Below, piece by piece: positions 19,686-29,718 of a stretch of 64,000 bases of DNA. The position numbers and the translations under genes were made by a program. Each line of letters begins with the position of its first letter. The first letter of the stretch is position 1. Below the pieces are notes generated by a model. It saw only the letters and a program-made list of their open reading frames with translations. It had not been told where the DNA came from and did no database searches. The stretch spans positions 1 through 64,000 of IMG/VR virus record IMGVR_UViG_3300020394_000267. One strand, given 5' to 3'. The DNA comes from a virus.

Positions 19686-20093
19686 ATGAGAATGATTGGT
19701 GATATAATTGCTGAAAAAGGTTTCCTTAAAACCCAGATAAATAAATGGGAAGAAATTGTAGATAACATTGATTCTGCTGTTCGCAAGGTGAATGAAGAAA
19801 CAAAAGTTATCAAGTACAATGATGTTCCTAGTAACATTTATCTCACTGTTGAAGGGATTGCCGATGATTTGGGACTGAAGTTAAGTCTCGAAAAAAGTCA
19901 AGAACTGAAAAAAGAACTTGAATGGAAAATCAACGAAGTTCGTGAGGCGGTTAACAATCTTGAATCTGCCATGTACAATTTGGTAGAACCATTTGAAGAC
20001 ATGAAAAGGGATGCTGAAAATAAGAAAGATGATTTTGAGTATGAACTTGATGACTTGGAGTGGGAAGAGGAAAAACTTCAAAACGCTTCATAG
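19686..20093 (+). CDS. Acidic coiled-coil hypothetical protein
   Basis: AGGAG RBS; heptad pattern. Confidence 0.7.
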   Translation: MRMIGDIIAEKGFLKTQINKWEEIVDNIDSAVRKVNEETKVIKYNDVPSNIYLTVEGIADDLGLKLSLEKSQELKKELEWKINEVREAVNNLESAMYNLVEPFEDMKRDAENKKDDFEYELDDLEWEEEKLQNAS

Positions 20094-20198
20094 TTTTAAG
20101 GCGAATACAGGATGCCTGCTAAAGTCTGTATAGGTTGATGACCGAACATCCAAGGGGGGAATGAAAACGCCCCCCAACCTTTATTAATTGGAGAAATT

Positions 20199-20471
20199 AT
20201 GAATCAGAATGATATAGTATCGGTGATTACACCCGCTGGTGAGTTTATAGGTAAACTTGCTTTTGAAACAGACACGCGACTGAAATTAAATGACCCACGC
20301 ATGTTGATTACAACAAATGAAGGCATGGGTTTTGCTCGAGGAGTCTGCCTCACTGGTGTTGAGAATCCCGATGAGATGACATTTTATTCTGCTGGGATTA
20401 TTTTTGTATCACCAACGAATGAGGATGTACAAAAATCTTATCGTAAATTCACAAGTGGGATTATAACATGA
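20199..20471 (+). CDS. Hypothetical protein (Sm-like)
   Basis: GGAG RBS; DIVSV...GEFIGK pattern. Confidence 0.7.
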   Translation: MNQNDIVSVITPAGEFIGKLAFETDTRLKLNDPRMLITTNEGMGFARGVCLTGVENPDEMTFYSAGIIFVSPTNEDVQKSYRKFTSGIIT

Positions 20472-20689
20472 CCGAAAAATTACAAAGAATTGCTGATGAA
20501 ATTTCAAAGTGGGATGATGAACATGAACCGCTTGCTCAAGAAATTTTAGACGCATATAAATTCATATATAGATTACTAGACCCAGAAGGGTTTGGGTTTG
20601 CTGTATCCGCTGAGGTTAGGGATGCTGCTCGAGTAGTCGTAGGACTAGAACCAGTGGAACAAAACTTATATAAGACCAAGGATGAATGA
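20468..20689 (+). CDS. Hypothetical protein
   Basis: ATGA overlap; LLDPEGFGFAVSAEVRDAAR. Confidence 0.65.
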   Translation: MTEKLQRIADEISKWDDEHEPLAQEILDAYKFIYRLLDPEGFGFAVSAEVRDAARVVVGLEPVEQNLYKTKDE

Positions 20690-21050
20690 CGAAAGTAGAC
20701 AATTAGAATTAGACCTTAAAATACCTAAGTCAGAAAACGAGGCAGAAATGTCCCCGAAATTCACACCAGAAGAAATAGAAAATTCCAAAAGGATTTTTAA
20801 ATCAGCTACACCAAAGTATGACCTTAGTTGGTATGTGAAATGGGCTTCTTCAATTCTTATTCTGATTGCCCTTACCATAAGAGCTGCTGATTATCCACGC
20901 ATATACGATATGTGGTTTGGATTTATAGGAATGATTGGTTGGACTTATGTTGGAATTCTATGGAAAGATAGGGCGATAATCATCATGAATGTTATTAGTA
21001 CAATCCTTCTGGCCATTGGTCTCTTAACACATTATAGAGGATTATTCTAA
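20682..21050 (+). CDS. Membrane protein (DUF6552-like)
   Basis: WYVKW and W.DRAIIIMN motifs, three TM segments. Confidence 0.65.
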   Translation: MNDESRQLELDLKIPKSENEAEMSPKFTPEEIENSKRIFKSATPKYDLSWYVKWASSILILIALTIRAADYPRIYDMWFGFIGMIGWTYVGILWKDRAIIIMNVISTILLAIGLLTHYRGLF

Positions 21051-21370
21051 TGCCAATTTACGAAATTGAGAACACCGAAACAGGTGAAATCTTTGAAGTC
21101 ATGATGAAGATTGATGACAAAGATAGAATGATGAAAAAAAATCCACACTTTAGACAAGTGCCATCTGCCCCGAATTTGAATATGGGTGGCGTTGGAGATA
21201 GGGTAAAAACCGATGGTGGATTTAAAGATGTTCTATCCAGAATCGCGGATTCAAATCCAACATCAGCTCTTGCAGATGATTATGGAAAGAAAGATAAAAA
21301 ATCAGTCGCTGTCCGTGACAGTATGAAACGAGTTAAAAAGAAGTTAGGTTCTATTACAGACGGTTCATAA
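21050..21370 (+). CDS. FmdB-like small regulatory protein
   Basis: MPIYE..N.ETGE start; DGGFKDVLSRI. Confidence 0.65.
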   Translation: MPIYEIENTETGEIFEVMMKIDDKDRMMKKNPHFRQVPSAPNLNMGGVGDRVKTDGGFKDVLSRIADSNPTSALADDYGKKDKKSVAVRDSMKRVKKKLGSITDGS

Positions 21371-21374
21371 TATT

Positions 21375-21848
21375 ATGAAGAGAATGACATTATGGGGTGA
21401 AGAAGAAATACTCGATACACGCATCTGTATACACTGTGGACAAGAGAAACATGTAAATGAGATGGAGTTAGATAGACCTCATCATGCACCTAGAGGAATA
21501 GGGTATCGCAATGAATGTAAGAAATGTCGTAGACAGATTCAACAAGATATTGCACGATTAAAAAAAGAATACGCTCATCTAAGACCACACATAACAGATA
21601 AGTGTCCTGTATGTCAACGAACAGGAACAGATATACATTCTACTGCTTCTCAAGGAACTCATAAGAAGAAAGACCCTTGGGTATTAGACCATTGTCATGA
21701 TAAGAATGTATATAGAGGATGGATATGTAACCATTGTAACAATGGATTGTCTGGTTTTAAGGATAATGTAGAAAGTTTAGAAAGAGGAATTCTTTATCTA
21801 AAGGGATTGTTGCGGAACGACCCAAAGGAGATATTGCCTGATTTGTAA
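21375..21848 (+). CDS. Endonuclease VII-family (HNH-type) nuclease
   Basis: CPVC...LDHCH...RGWICNHCNNGL. Confidence 0.85.
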   Translation: MKRMTLWGEEEILDTRICIHCGQEKHVNEMELDRPHHAPRGIGYRNECKKCRRQIQQDIARLKKEYAHLRPHITDKCPVCQRTGTDIHSTASQGTHKKKDPWVLDHCHDKNVYRGWICNHCNNGLSGFKDNVESLERGILYLKGLLRNDPKEILPDL

Positions 21849-21939
21849 ATTATTACCACTCTACGCGATGCTATTTCAATATAAATATGTAAGTGTCAAT
21901 ATGACACGCTCAATTCATAACCGAAAAGAGGACATTGTT

Positions 21940-22824
21940 ATGAAATGGTACAAAATGATTACTGCAATCTTTTTGATTTCAGTAGTAAATGTAGGGTGTG
22001 CTTCAGCCTCTGGTGGTAATTACTATGAAGCCGTGCAAAGGGCAGCAGAAGCGAAAGCGAAAGTGTCTGAAGCACGATATCGAGCTCTCGCTCAAGTCGC
22101 ATCTAGTGGTGATGGTCAGGCTGCATCCGCAGCTGTTATGGCAATCGCACTATCAAATGAAGACACAATCGTTCCACAGTATGTCGAATCTTCTGCTCTG
22201 AAATGGGCGCAAGTCTTGACACCAACTATCGGAACACTGGGGTTGGGTATCGTTCAAGCAAATGTTGCTAAGAACGCTGCTAACAAGGCTGCTGAAGTTC
22301 AAATGGCTTCTATGCAGGCAAACGCGGATATCCAATTAGGTCAACAAACTATGATTAGTAACATGGGTGGACAGTGGGCTGATGTTGCAGCTGCTGGCGG
22401 ACAGGCAACAGTTGATGTTGCTCTCGCTGGATTTGGTGCATTAAATACCGCTGGTGACCAGACTGTTACACTTGGTCTCGCTGGGTTGAATACTGCTGAT
22501 AGTATTGCTACAACTGGTTTTACTACAGTTGATAGTATTGCTACCACAGGATTGACTACTGTTGGTACTGTTTCTACAGTTGGTATGAATAATATACTCA
22601 CTATGGGTCAGTATGGTATTGATGCAGCTGAAACTTTAGGTATTCAAGGTATGTTAGGTATTCATGAAACCAATGAAGATTGGTTAACTTATACCGCTAG
22701 TAGTGATACTAACTTTGCTCAGATTCTTGCAGATTTTAACGCGACAATCAAGCAATTTGGAACAGATTTGGGAACCCCCATCACATGTAACAATGACGGA
22801 AATGGAGTATTCAATTGCGAATAG
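21940..22824 (+). CDS. Late lipoprotein with Gly/Thr/Ala-rich 11-residue repeats
   Basis: Lipobox VNVGC; late promoter 21880-21887; DSIATTG repeats. Confidence 0.7.
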   Translation: MKWYKMITAIFLISVVNVGCASASGGNYYEAVQRAAEAKAKVSEARYRALAQVASSGDGQAASAAVMAIALSNEDTIVPQYVESSALKWAQVLTPTIGTLGLGIVQANVAKNAANKAAEVQMASMQANADIQLGQQTMISNMGGQWADVAAAGGQATVDVALAGFGALNTAGDQTVTLGLAGLNTADSIATTGFTTVDSIATTGLTTVGTVSTVGMNNILTMGQYGIDAAETLGIQGMLGIHETNEDWLTYTASSDTNFAQILADFNATIKQFGTDLGTPITCNNDGNGVFNCE

Positions 22825-22847
22825 TTACATAAAAGTTGTATAAATAA

Positions 22848-22871
22848 TGGGGACGATAAGTCCCCTTTTTT
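22848..22871 (+). terminator. Intrinsic terminator
   Basis: GGGGAC-GATAA-GTCCCC followed by T6. Confidence 0.75.
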
Positions 22872-22887
22872 AATTATGAGGTAAATT

Positions 22888-23370
22888 ATGGTAAAAGAAA
22901 TAAAGAAAGTATTGGAAGGTGCAGAATTTGTTATGAAGGACATGCCTGAAGAGTTGAAAGATTTGAAAGAACAAGTCGTAAATCCAAAATTAATGGATGA
23001 TTTTGATAGTTTATATGATGAAGATATCGATGCCGAAACAGTTAAGGCACTATCACACGCATTAGAACTTGACTATGTTGAAAAGTGGAAAGTCTTTGCT
23101 CAAATGAAACTCCTAGAAAGAAATTTTGCTATCGCTGAACAAGCAAGGGTCGCCTTGCGTGAACAGTTGACAACTGCTAATGCCAATGTTCAAGTTCTTC
23201 TGAGGAACTATGAAGAGAAAAAGATTGGATTAGACCATGAGATACAGGAGAAGTTGAAGGTCAAAGAAGAACTCAAGGCAGTTCGCGCTGAGTTGAGGTC
23301 GCTCAAAAAATCTAAAGACTCTTCTGAAGCAAAAAGCGACAAAAATAAATCCGAGCCAAAAAACGCCTAG
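22888..23370 (+). CDS. Coiled-coil hypothetical protein
   Basis: GAGG RBS, heptads. Confidence 0.7.
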   Translation: MVKEIKKVLEGAEFVMKDMPEELKDLKEQVVNPKLMDDFDSLYDEDIDAETVKALSHALELDYVEKWKVFAQMKLLERNFAIAEQARVALREQLTTANANVQVLLRNYEEKKIGLDHEIQEKLKVKEELKAVRAELRSLKKSKDSSEAKSDKNKSEPKNA

Positions 23371-23421
23371 CTGGTTTTTTATAAATAGTGGAAAACACAA
23401 TGTTTATGGAAGAAGTAATTA

Positions 23422-24675
23422 ATGGTCGGATTTTTATCATATCTAAACGAAGATGCACAGGGTAAGAACCTACATCTTGAACACCTAGAAGACGAAATTC
23501 TTAATTTCGGGATAGGTGGTGCTCGTGGTGCAATCAACTTCCTACAGTCATTAAGAGATATGCTGTCGGGAAGTTCTCGTTCATCTGTAAACATGACAGT
23601 CAAGTGGGATGGCGCACCAGCTATATTTGCTGGTATAGACCCCAAAGATGGTAAATTCTTTGTTGCCAAGAAAGGTGTATTCAACAAGACACCACTATTA
23701 TACAAGTCTACACAAGAGATAAACAAAGATAGTAAATTACCACAAGCACTAAAACCAGCCTTCACAATCGCGTTACAAGAATTCAGCAAACTCGGAATCA
23801 AGGGTGTATTACAGGGTGACCTAATGTTCACTTCTGGTTCACTTGAATCCGAGACCATTGATGGTGAAAGATACACCACATTCCAACCAAACACTATAGT
23901 CTATGCTGTTCCAAAGATGTCAGAACTGGAACAGAAAATCAAAGCGGCTAAAATTGGTGTGGTGTGGCATACTACATATACTGGTAATACACTGGAGAGT
24001 ATGAAGGCATCTTTCGGTGTAAACATTAGTGGTCTCAGAAAATCAAAAAATGTCTGGATGGATGATGCTAGTTATAGAGATACTAGTGGAACTTCTACAT
24101 TCACAAAATCAGAAACCGCCGCTGTAACCACGAAGTTATCACAATGTGGTAGGATATTCCAGAAAATAAATTCAGCACAATTGAGCAGTTTCTTAAAATT
24201 TCAAAATGGGTTTACGGGCAAAATGGTTGGCGCCAATATCAAAACCTATAACAATTCAAAAGTAAAAGTTGGTGCAAAGATATCAAATGTCGCTGGACAT
24301 GTGTCTGGATATGCAAAATGGGTAGAAGACAAATTTGATTCAGAGATAAATAAGTTAAAGACGGAGAAATCTAAGAGTCAACTAGAAAAAAGAAAGACTG
24401 AAACTCTAAGAGAATTATCCAAGTATAATGCTCTTCTTACAAATGTCATCAATTTTCAGAACTCTATGGTAGAGGCGAAAATGATAATCGTTAGTAAATT
24501 GAATAGAGTAAAACAGTTAATGGATACCTTTGTTAGAACCAAACAGGGATTTAAAGTTACAAATCCAGAAGGATATGTTGCTATAGATAGGGTTTCTGGT
24601 AACGCGGTCAAACTAGTAGACAGAATGGAATTCAGTTATAATAATTTTACAGCAATTAAGGCGTGGGATAGATGA
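23422..24675 (+). CDS. Conserved T4-like protein (DUF6267-like) with ligase/nucleotidyltransferase motifs
   Basis: TVKWDG (motif I KxDG), QGD, EGYV (IV), VKLV (V); late promoter 23380-23387. Confidence 0.7.
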   Translation: MVGFLSYLNEDAQGKNLHLEHLEDEILNFGIGGARGAINFLQSLRDMLSGSSRSSVNMTVKWDGAPAIFAGIDPKDGKFFVAKKGVFNKTPLLYKSTQEINKDSKLPQALKPAFTIALQEFSKLGIKGVLQGDLMFTSGSLESETIDGERYTTFQPNTIVYAVPKMSELEQKIKAAKIGVVWHTTYTGNTLESMKASFGVNISGLRKSKNVWMDDASYRDTSGTSTFTKSETAAVTTKLSQCGRIFQKINSAQLSSFLKFQNGFTGKMVGANIKTYNNSKVKVGAKISNVAGHVSGYAKWVEDKFDSEINKLKTEKSKSQLEKRKTETLRELSKYNALLTNVINFQNSMVEAKMIIVSKLNRVKQLMDTFVRTKQGFKVTNPEGYVAIDRVSGNAVKLVDRMEFSYNNFTAIKAWDR

Positions 24676-25259
24676 AAACATTAGTATATGCATTTGGTAG
24701 GATGAACCCACCCACGGCGGGACACGGAAAACTTATCCAGAAAGTAAAACAACTTGCTCAAAGAGAAAGGGCAGACCATCTTATTGTGGTTAGTCATAGT
24801 CAAGATAAACATAAGAACCCATTAACCCCACAGAAAAAAGTTGCTCACCTTAAAAGGATGTTTCCACAAACTAAATTTAAGGCATCTGATAGAGTCAACC
24901 CAAACTTTATAAAACAGTTAGGTTTAATTACAGGAAAGTACGATAAGGTTATTATGGTTGCTGGTTCAGATAGGGTTCAAGAATTCCAAAGAATACTGGA
25001 TAGATACAACGGTAAAGATTTTAAATTTGATGAAATAGATGTTATCTCTGCTGGTGCAAGAGACCCAGACGCGGAAGGCGTAACTGGTATAAGTGCTAGT
25101 AAGATGAGATTATTTGTCAAGAACAATGATTTTAACTCATTCAAAAGAGGGTTGCCTGCTGGGTATAGTGGGTCTCAAGCTTTATTTAAAGATGTGAAAA
25201 AGGGAATGGAGTTAAAAGAGGAAACCTACAACACTTTTTCACAATTTTTAAGAGGATAA
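24672..25259 (+). CDS. HxGH-superfamily nucleotidyltransferase (cytidyltransferase/NMNAT-like)
   Basis: FGRMNPPTAGH, KNPL, GSDR, SASKMR. Confidence 0.85.
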   Translation: MKTLVYAFGRMNPPTAGHGKLIQKVKQLAQRERADHLIVVSHSQDKHKNPLTPQKKVAHLKRMFPQTKFKASDRVNPNFIKQLGLITGKYDKVIMVAGSDRVQEFQRILDRYNGKDFKFDEIDVISAGARDPDAEGVTGISASKMRLFVKNNDFNSFKRGLPAGYSGSQALFKDVKKGMELKEETYNTFSQFLRG

Positions 25260-25263
25260 AATA

Positions 25264-25893
25264 ATGTCAAAATTTTTAGAGGGATTACTACCCGAAAACG
25301 GATTGGAGTTTGATAAATTTTCTGCCCCCCACGGACATCCAGACAATGATTTCCCAAATGGAAAATGGGGTCTGTATGGTGAAAAGGTAAGTGGGCCAGG
25401 CATTGGAGCTCCAGAAGATTTACCAGATGAATACTATGAAGAAGTATCAGATAGAGAAGAACTTCTTGAACAACTAAAAGAGGATGAAGGAGTAAAATAT
25501 GAAGTCTATCTTGACCACCTTGGGTATCCCACCTGTGGAATCGGCCATCTCATTAAAGAAGAGGACGAAGAAGCAGAATACGAAGTCGGAGATGAAGTCT
25601 CAGAAGAAAGAGTCATCGAACTCTTCAAACAAGATATCGGAATTGCCTGCCGAGACGCCGTTAATCTATACGGCTGGTCTGGATTTTGTGAGTGGCCAGA
25701 GGAAGTCCAAAATATCTGTATTAATATGATATTTAATATGGGTATGACTAGACTTGGTAAATTCAAAAACATGCATAAAGCATTAGAACAACAAAATTGG
25801 AAACAAGCTGCTATCGAAGGACGCGATAGTCGATGGTATAAACAAGTTACTAACAGGGCAGAGAGATTGATGTCCAAGTTGGAATCTATTTAA
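25264..25893 (+). CDS. T4-type lysozyme (GH24) with acidic N-terminal extension
   Basis: DEG...YLDHLGYPTCGIGH, NMIFNMG, SRWYKQVTNRAERL. Confidence 0.92.
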   Translation: MSKFLEGLLPENGLEFDKFSAPHGHPDNDFPNGKWGLYGEKVSGPGIGAPEDLPDEYYEEVSDREELLEQLKEDEGVKYEVYLDHLGYPTCGIGHLIKEEDEEAEYEVGDEVSEERVIELFKQDIGIACRDAVNLYGWSGFCEWPEEVQNICINMIFNMGMTRLGKFKNMHKALEQQNWKQAAIEGRDSRWYKQVTNRAERLMSKLESI

Positions 25894-25914
25894 CATAACA
25901 GGGAAGGATATGGA

Positions 25915-26496
25915 ATGGCAGTATTGCTAGATTTGGCTATGACTTTTTGGATGTGGACAGTTTTAATAATTATACTTTTAGTTGGTTGGGTGATTGACAA
26001 ATTAGATATGAGAGAGAAAACGGATTTGACATTTTCTATGAAGGAGATGCCTAATCTAAGACCGATTGTTATAGAAACAAAAGGTAAAGGATTTTGGAGG
26101 TCAGTGTTTCACTGGTTTTTATCTACTAGAAATTGGGAAGTAACCAAAGATTGGCACTACACAATAGATGATGTTGAGTATGTGATTCCGAAAGGATTCC
26201 AGTTTGATGGTGCTAGTATTCCTAAATTTTTGAGAACATTTTTCTCTCCAGTAGGTATAATGCTAGTCGGTGGTTTGGTTCATGATTATGGATATAAGTA
26301 TGAAACCTTACTACTGAAAGGTAAAAAGGACACCATAGGAACGAAAGACCAAAAGTGGATGGATGAGGTTTTCAAAGATATTAATATCAATGTAAATGGG
26401 TTCTATCTATTCAATATACTTTCCTATTGGTCATTGCGACTGGCGGGATTTATTGCGTGGAATGGACACAGGAAAAGGAATCTCTCACCATTATAA
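25915..26496 (+). CDS. DUF1353-family protein with N-terminal TM
   Basis: IPKGFQFDGASIP...VHDYGY. Confidence 0.8.
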   Translation: MAVLLDLAMTFWMWTVLIIILLVGWVIDKLDMREKTDLTFSMKEMPNLRPIVIETKGKGFWRSVFHWFLSTRNWEVTKDWHYTIDDVEYVIPKGFQFDGASIPKFLRTFFSPVGIMLVGGLVHDYGYKYETLLLKGKKDTIGTKDQKWMDEVFKDININVNGFYLFNILSYWSLRLAGFIAWNGHRKRNLSPL

Positions 26497-26509
26497 TTAA
26501 GGAGTGAAA

Positions 26510-26725
26510 ATGGATGAGAAAACTCTCATAGAACATTATAAGAAAAAACTTTCAGAGTTAAATGAATTATTAGATTCTGGTATGTTAAGTTTTTCTGAGT
26601 ACAATGAATTAGTAAAAGACTTTAAAGACATCAAAGCAATAGAGTCGGATATAGATGACATTAAGTTAAAAGTATTCGCTGGTGCGGTGGTTCAAAGTCT
26701 TGCGCCACAGATACAATCTTTATAA
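26510..26725 (+). CDS. Small hypothetical protein (SHOCT-like)
   Basis: AAGGAG RBS; LNELLDSGMLSFSEY. Confidence 0.55.
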   Translation: MDEKTLIEHYKKKLSELNELLDSGMLSFSEYNELVKDFKDIKAIESDIDDIKLKVFAGAVVQSLAPQIQSL

Positions 26726-26736
26726 ATAGTCATACT

Positions 26737-29004
26737 ATGGAAAAGACCTTTGCAGACTTTGTAGACATACCTGAGCTTGAAGAGGGAGTTAATGACCCTG
26801 CTATCTTCAAAGCAGTTTTCCTTGCCGGCGGGCCTGGGTCTGGTAAGTCTTTCATGGTTGGACAAACAGGTCTAAACTCACTAGGTTTCAAGATAGTCAA
26901 CTCTGACCAACAATTTGAAATCGCACTAAAAAACGCTGGTTTATCTATGAAAGCAGCGGACATATTTTCAACAAAAGGTCAATCTCTCAGAGACCGCGCT
27001 AAGTTTTTAACACAAAAAAGACAAGATAGTTATCTTGACGGAAGACTTGGATTAGTTATTGACGGTACTGGTAGAGAGTATGACAAAATATCAAAACAGA
27101 AAAAAGAACTAGAAAAACTAGGGTATGAAACTGCCATGATAATGGTTAATACAGACCTAGATACTGCTGTCAGTAGAGACAAACAAAGAACTAGAACATT
27201 GGGTGCAGATAAAATCAGTCCAATGTGGCAATCAGTACAAAAAAACATTGGTAGATTTTCAAACCTCTTCAAACAGAATTTTTTCATTGTAGACAATTCA
27301 GATGGTGCCGACTATAAAAAAGGTTCGTTGTCTGTATATAGAAGTATTATGTCTTGGTCAAAGAGACCACCACAACATAGACTTGCCAAGGCGTGGATTA
27401 AAGACCAGAAACAACAACGCAATATCAAAGAAGCAGAATTACCACCACATCTCAAGAGACATTTTGACAAGGACGGAAATGTTAAGAAGGGTTCTTGGAA
27501 ATCTGGTGATTGGAAAGCAGATAAGAAACAACCAAAAGTCAAGTTTACAGTAAAAGATGTGACACCGAAAGGATATGGCCCCAGAGAAGATATAGACAAA
27601 ATGGACATGGGTGATGTCATTAAAGATTTTTACAAGAGTGATGCACCTCAGTTCAAAGGCAAATCCAAAAAGAAACGCAGAGAGATGGCGATTGCCGCTA
27701 AACTTGCTACTGAGTGCAAGGACGAAAAAGATTTCAAACCACATATGATGTATGACCCTAAAACTGGTAAAGGTGTTAAGGCGAATACTTACATGCAACA
27801 TGTCGCTTTAGATAAGAAGGGGTATGTCCACGAGAAACCAGAAATAAAAGAAGATTTAAGAAAGTGGTTTGGTAAAGGTAAGAAGGGGGATTGGATTCGC
27901 GTAGGCACAGATGGTGAAATCAAGGGAGATTGTGCAAGAGAGCCTGGCGAGGGTAAACCAAAGTGTATGCCTAGAGACAAGGCACACAGCATGTCTAAAA
28001 AGGACAGGGCGACATCTGCCAGAAGGAAACGCAGAGAAGACCCAGTTGCAGATAGGAAGGGTAAAGGTGGAAAACCAATTATGGTTAAAACCGATGTGAA
28101 GGAAGATGTAAAAATTAGTAGATATGAATGGGGTAGACCAGACGGCACAGAATATATGAAAGCGCTGACGCCTGGCGAGCCTGGTAAAACTACTAAAAAG
28201 AACAGGTCAAATGGAAATCTCAAACACTACAAGGCAGTATGTGAAGAAGGAGATAAAGAAGAATTAAAATCAATAGCATCTGCAACCCACGACCAAATAC
28301 ACAAAGATGTAGATGGGACTCAAGATGACTTTGAGGGAATTATTACCCTTGATACTATTGATAACGATTGGACTGCGATATTCACAGAACCAGAAATAGA
28401 AGCACTTGAACACGAAGTTGATGAATTATCTTTTGAAGATATGATGGGTCTGGGAATGTATGACCAAGACGAATTAGAAGATTTTGAGGCATTTGACCAA
28501 GATGTAGACTGGCACGATGAAGTACAAATAACTGAAGTTCTATCCATTCAAGGTAGAATGAAAAGACGATTTGCTGCTAGAAGAAATAGACAAAAACTTA
28601 AAGTTGCTCGAATGAGAGCCGCGAGGAGGGCAGCTGACCCAACTAGGTTGAAGAGGCGTGCTACTCGTGGTGCGAGGAATATGCTCAAGAACAGGATTGC
28701 GAGAGGTAGGGATTTGGGTTCATTGCCACCCGCTGAGAAGGCTCGTATTGAAGGTATGGTTATGAGATTTTCTGGATTAGTATCTAGGATTGCTCAGAGA
28801 ATGATACCTATTGTTCGTAAGAACGAAATGAAAAGATTGAAATCTGGTTCAAGACAGAAATCCCAGAAGGCGAAGAAGTATAATCCAAAGAAAGCATTGG
28901 CTTCTGCTTCAAAACAGAAGGGTAAAAAGTTTAAGGCAAGTAAGAAAACATTTGCTAAACCAAAATTAGCAAGTAAACCAAAGGCGGCGAAGAAAACGAA
29001 ATGA
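26737..29004 (+). CDS. Multidomain probable internal head protein with N-terminal zeta-toxin/PNK-like P-loop kinase
   Basis: LAGGPGSGKS, IDGTG; late promoter 26721-26728; basic modules separated by xxE junctions. Confidence 0.8.
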   Translation: MEKTFADFVDIPELEEGVNDPAIFKAVFLAGGPGSGKSFMVGQTGLNSLGFKIVNSDQQFEIALKNAGLSMKAADIFSTKGQSLRDRAKFLTQKRQDSYLDGRLGLVIDGTGREYDKISKQKKELEKLGYETAMIMVNTDLDTAVSRDKQRTRTLGADKISPMWQSVQKNIGRFSNLFKQNFFIVDNSDGADYKKGSLSVYRSIMSWSKRPPQHRLAKAWIKDQKQQRNIKEAELPPHLKRHFDKDGNVKKGSWKSGDWKADKKQPKVKFTVKDVTPKGYGPREDIDKMDMGDVIKDFYKSDAPQFKGKSKKKRREMAIAAKLATECKDEKDFKPHMMYDPKTGKGVKANTYMQHVALDKKGYVHEKPEIKEDLRKWFGKGKKGDWIRVGTDGEIKGDCAREPGEGKPKCMPRDKAHSMSKKDRATSARRKRREDPVADRKGKGGKPIMVKTDVKEDVKISRYEWGRPDGTEYMKALTPGEPGKTTKKNRSNGNLKHYKAVCEEGDKEELKSIASATHDQIHKDVDGTQDDFEGIITLDTIDNDWTAIFTEPEIEALEHEVDELSFEDMMGLGMYDQDELEDFEAFDQDVDWHDEVQITEVLSIQGRMKRRFAARRNRQKLKVARMRAARRAADPTRLKRRATRGARNMLKNRIARGRDLGSLPPAEKARIEGMVMRFSGLVSRIAQRMIPIVRKNEMKRLKSGSRQKSQKAKKYNPKKALASASKQKGKKFKASKKTFAKPKLASKPKAAKKTK

Positions 29005-29477
29005 TTACATTCAAACAATTATTAGAAAAAAATGTACCGACCAATCCAAAGTTATGGTCTAAATTTAAATCACAGGCAAAGGCGAAGTTCGATGTCTATC
29101 CTTCAGCATACGCGAATGGATGGGCTGCGAAACAGTACAAGAAAGCTGGTGGTGGATGGAAGACTGTATCTGAATCTTTATCTGAAGAGACTGGCGAAGA
29201 AATCACTATCATTACAGAAGAGGGTGAAAAGAAGAAAGTCAAATTAGGTAAAGTCCAGAGAGGCGGCAGTAAGAAATTTTATGTACATGTCAAGAACGAT
29301 AAAGGCAATGTTGTCAAAGTATCGTTTGGAGACCCGAATATGGAAATCAAACGAGATGACCCAGAACGCAGAAAGTCATTTCGTGCAAGGCACAATTGCG
29401 ACAATCCAGGCCCTCGCTGGAAAGCAAGATACTGGAGTTGTAAGCAATGGAGGGCCGGTTCCAAAGTAGAGGATTAG
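29001..29477 (+). CDS. Conserved basic phage protein, probable internal head protein
   Basis: MITFKQLLE leader; VYPSAYANGW..K.YK..GG and RRKSFRARHNC...ARYWSC motifs. Confidence 0.8.
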   Translation: MITFKQLLEKNVPTNPKLWSKFKSQAKAKFDVYPSAYANGWAAKQYKKAGGGWKTVSESLSEETGEEITIITEEGEKKKVKLGKVQRGGSKKFYVHVKNDKGNVVKVSFGDPNMEIKRDDPERRKSFRARHNCDNPGPRWKARYWSCKQWRAGSKVED

Positions 29478-29478
29478 T

Positions 29479-29718
29479 ATGATTGAGTGGTTAAAGCGGT
29501 TACTTTACGAAGAGTGGGAGATAACAATTTTCTATCCCGCTGAGACAAGAGTATTAGCAGACGGAACCAGAGTCGAAAGTTTGAAACCAAAAACATATAG
29601 GGCAAAAGCTTTGAAGAAGATATCTGAAAAACATTTTAAGTTTGTTGATACAGAGGGTGTACTACATGAAATAAGAGTAGTAAATCCTGTAGGGTATGAC
29701 ATTAAAAAGGTATACTAA
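29479..29718 (+). CDS. Hypothetical protein
   Basis: GAGG RBS. Confidence 0.65.
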   Translation: MIEWLKRLLYEEWEITIFYPAETRVLADGTRVESLKPKTYRAKALKKISEKHFKFVDTEGVLHEIRVVNPVGYDIKKVY

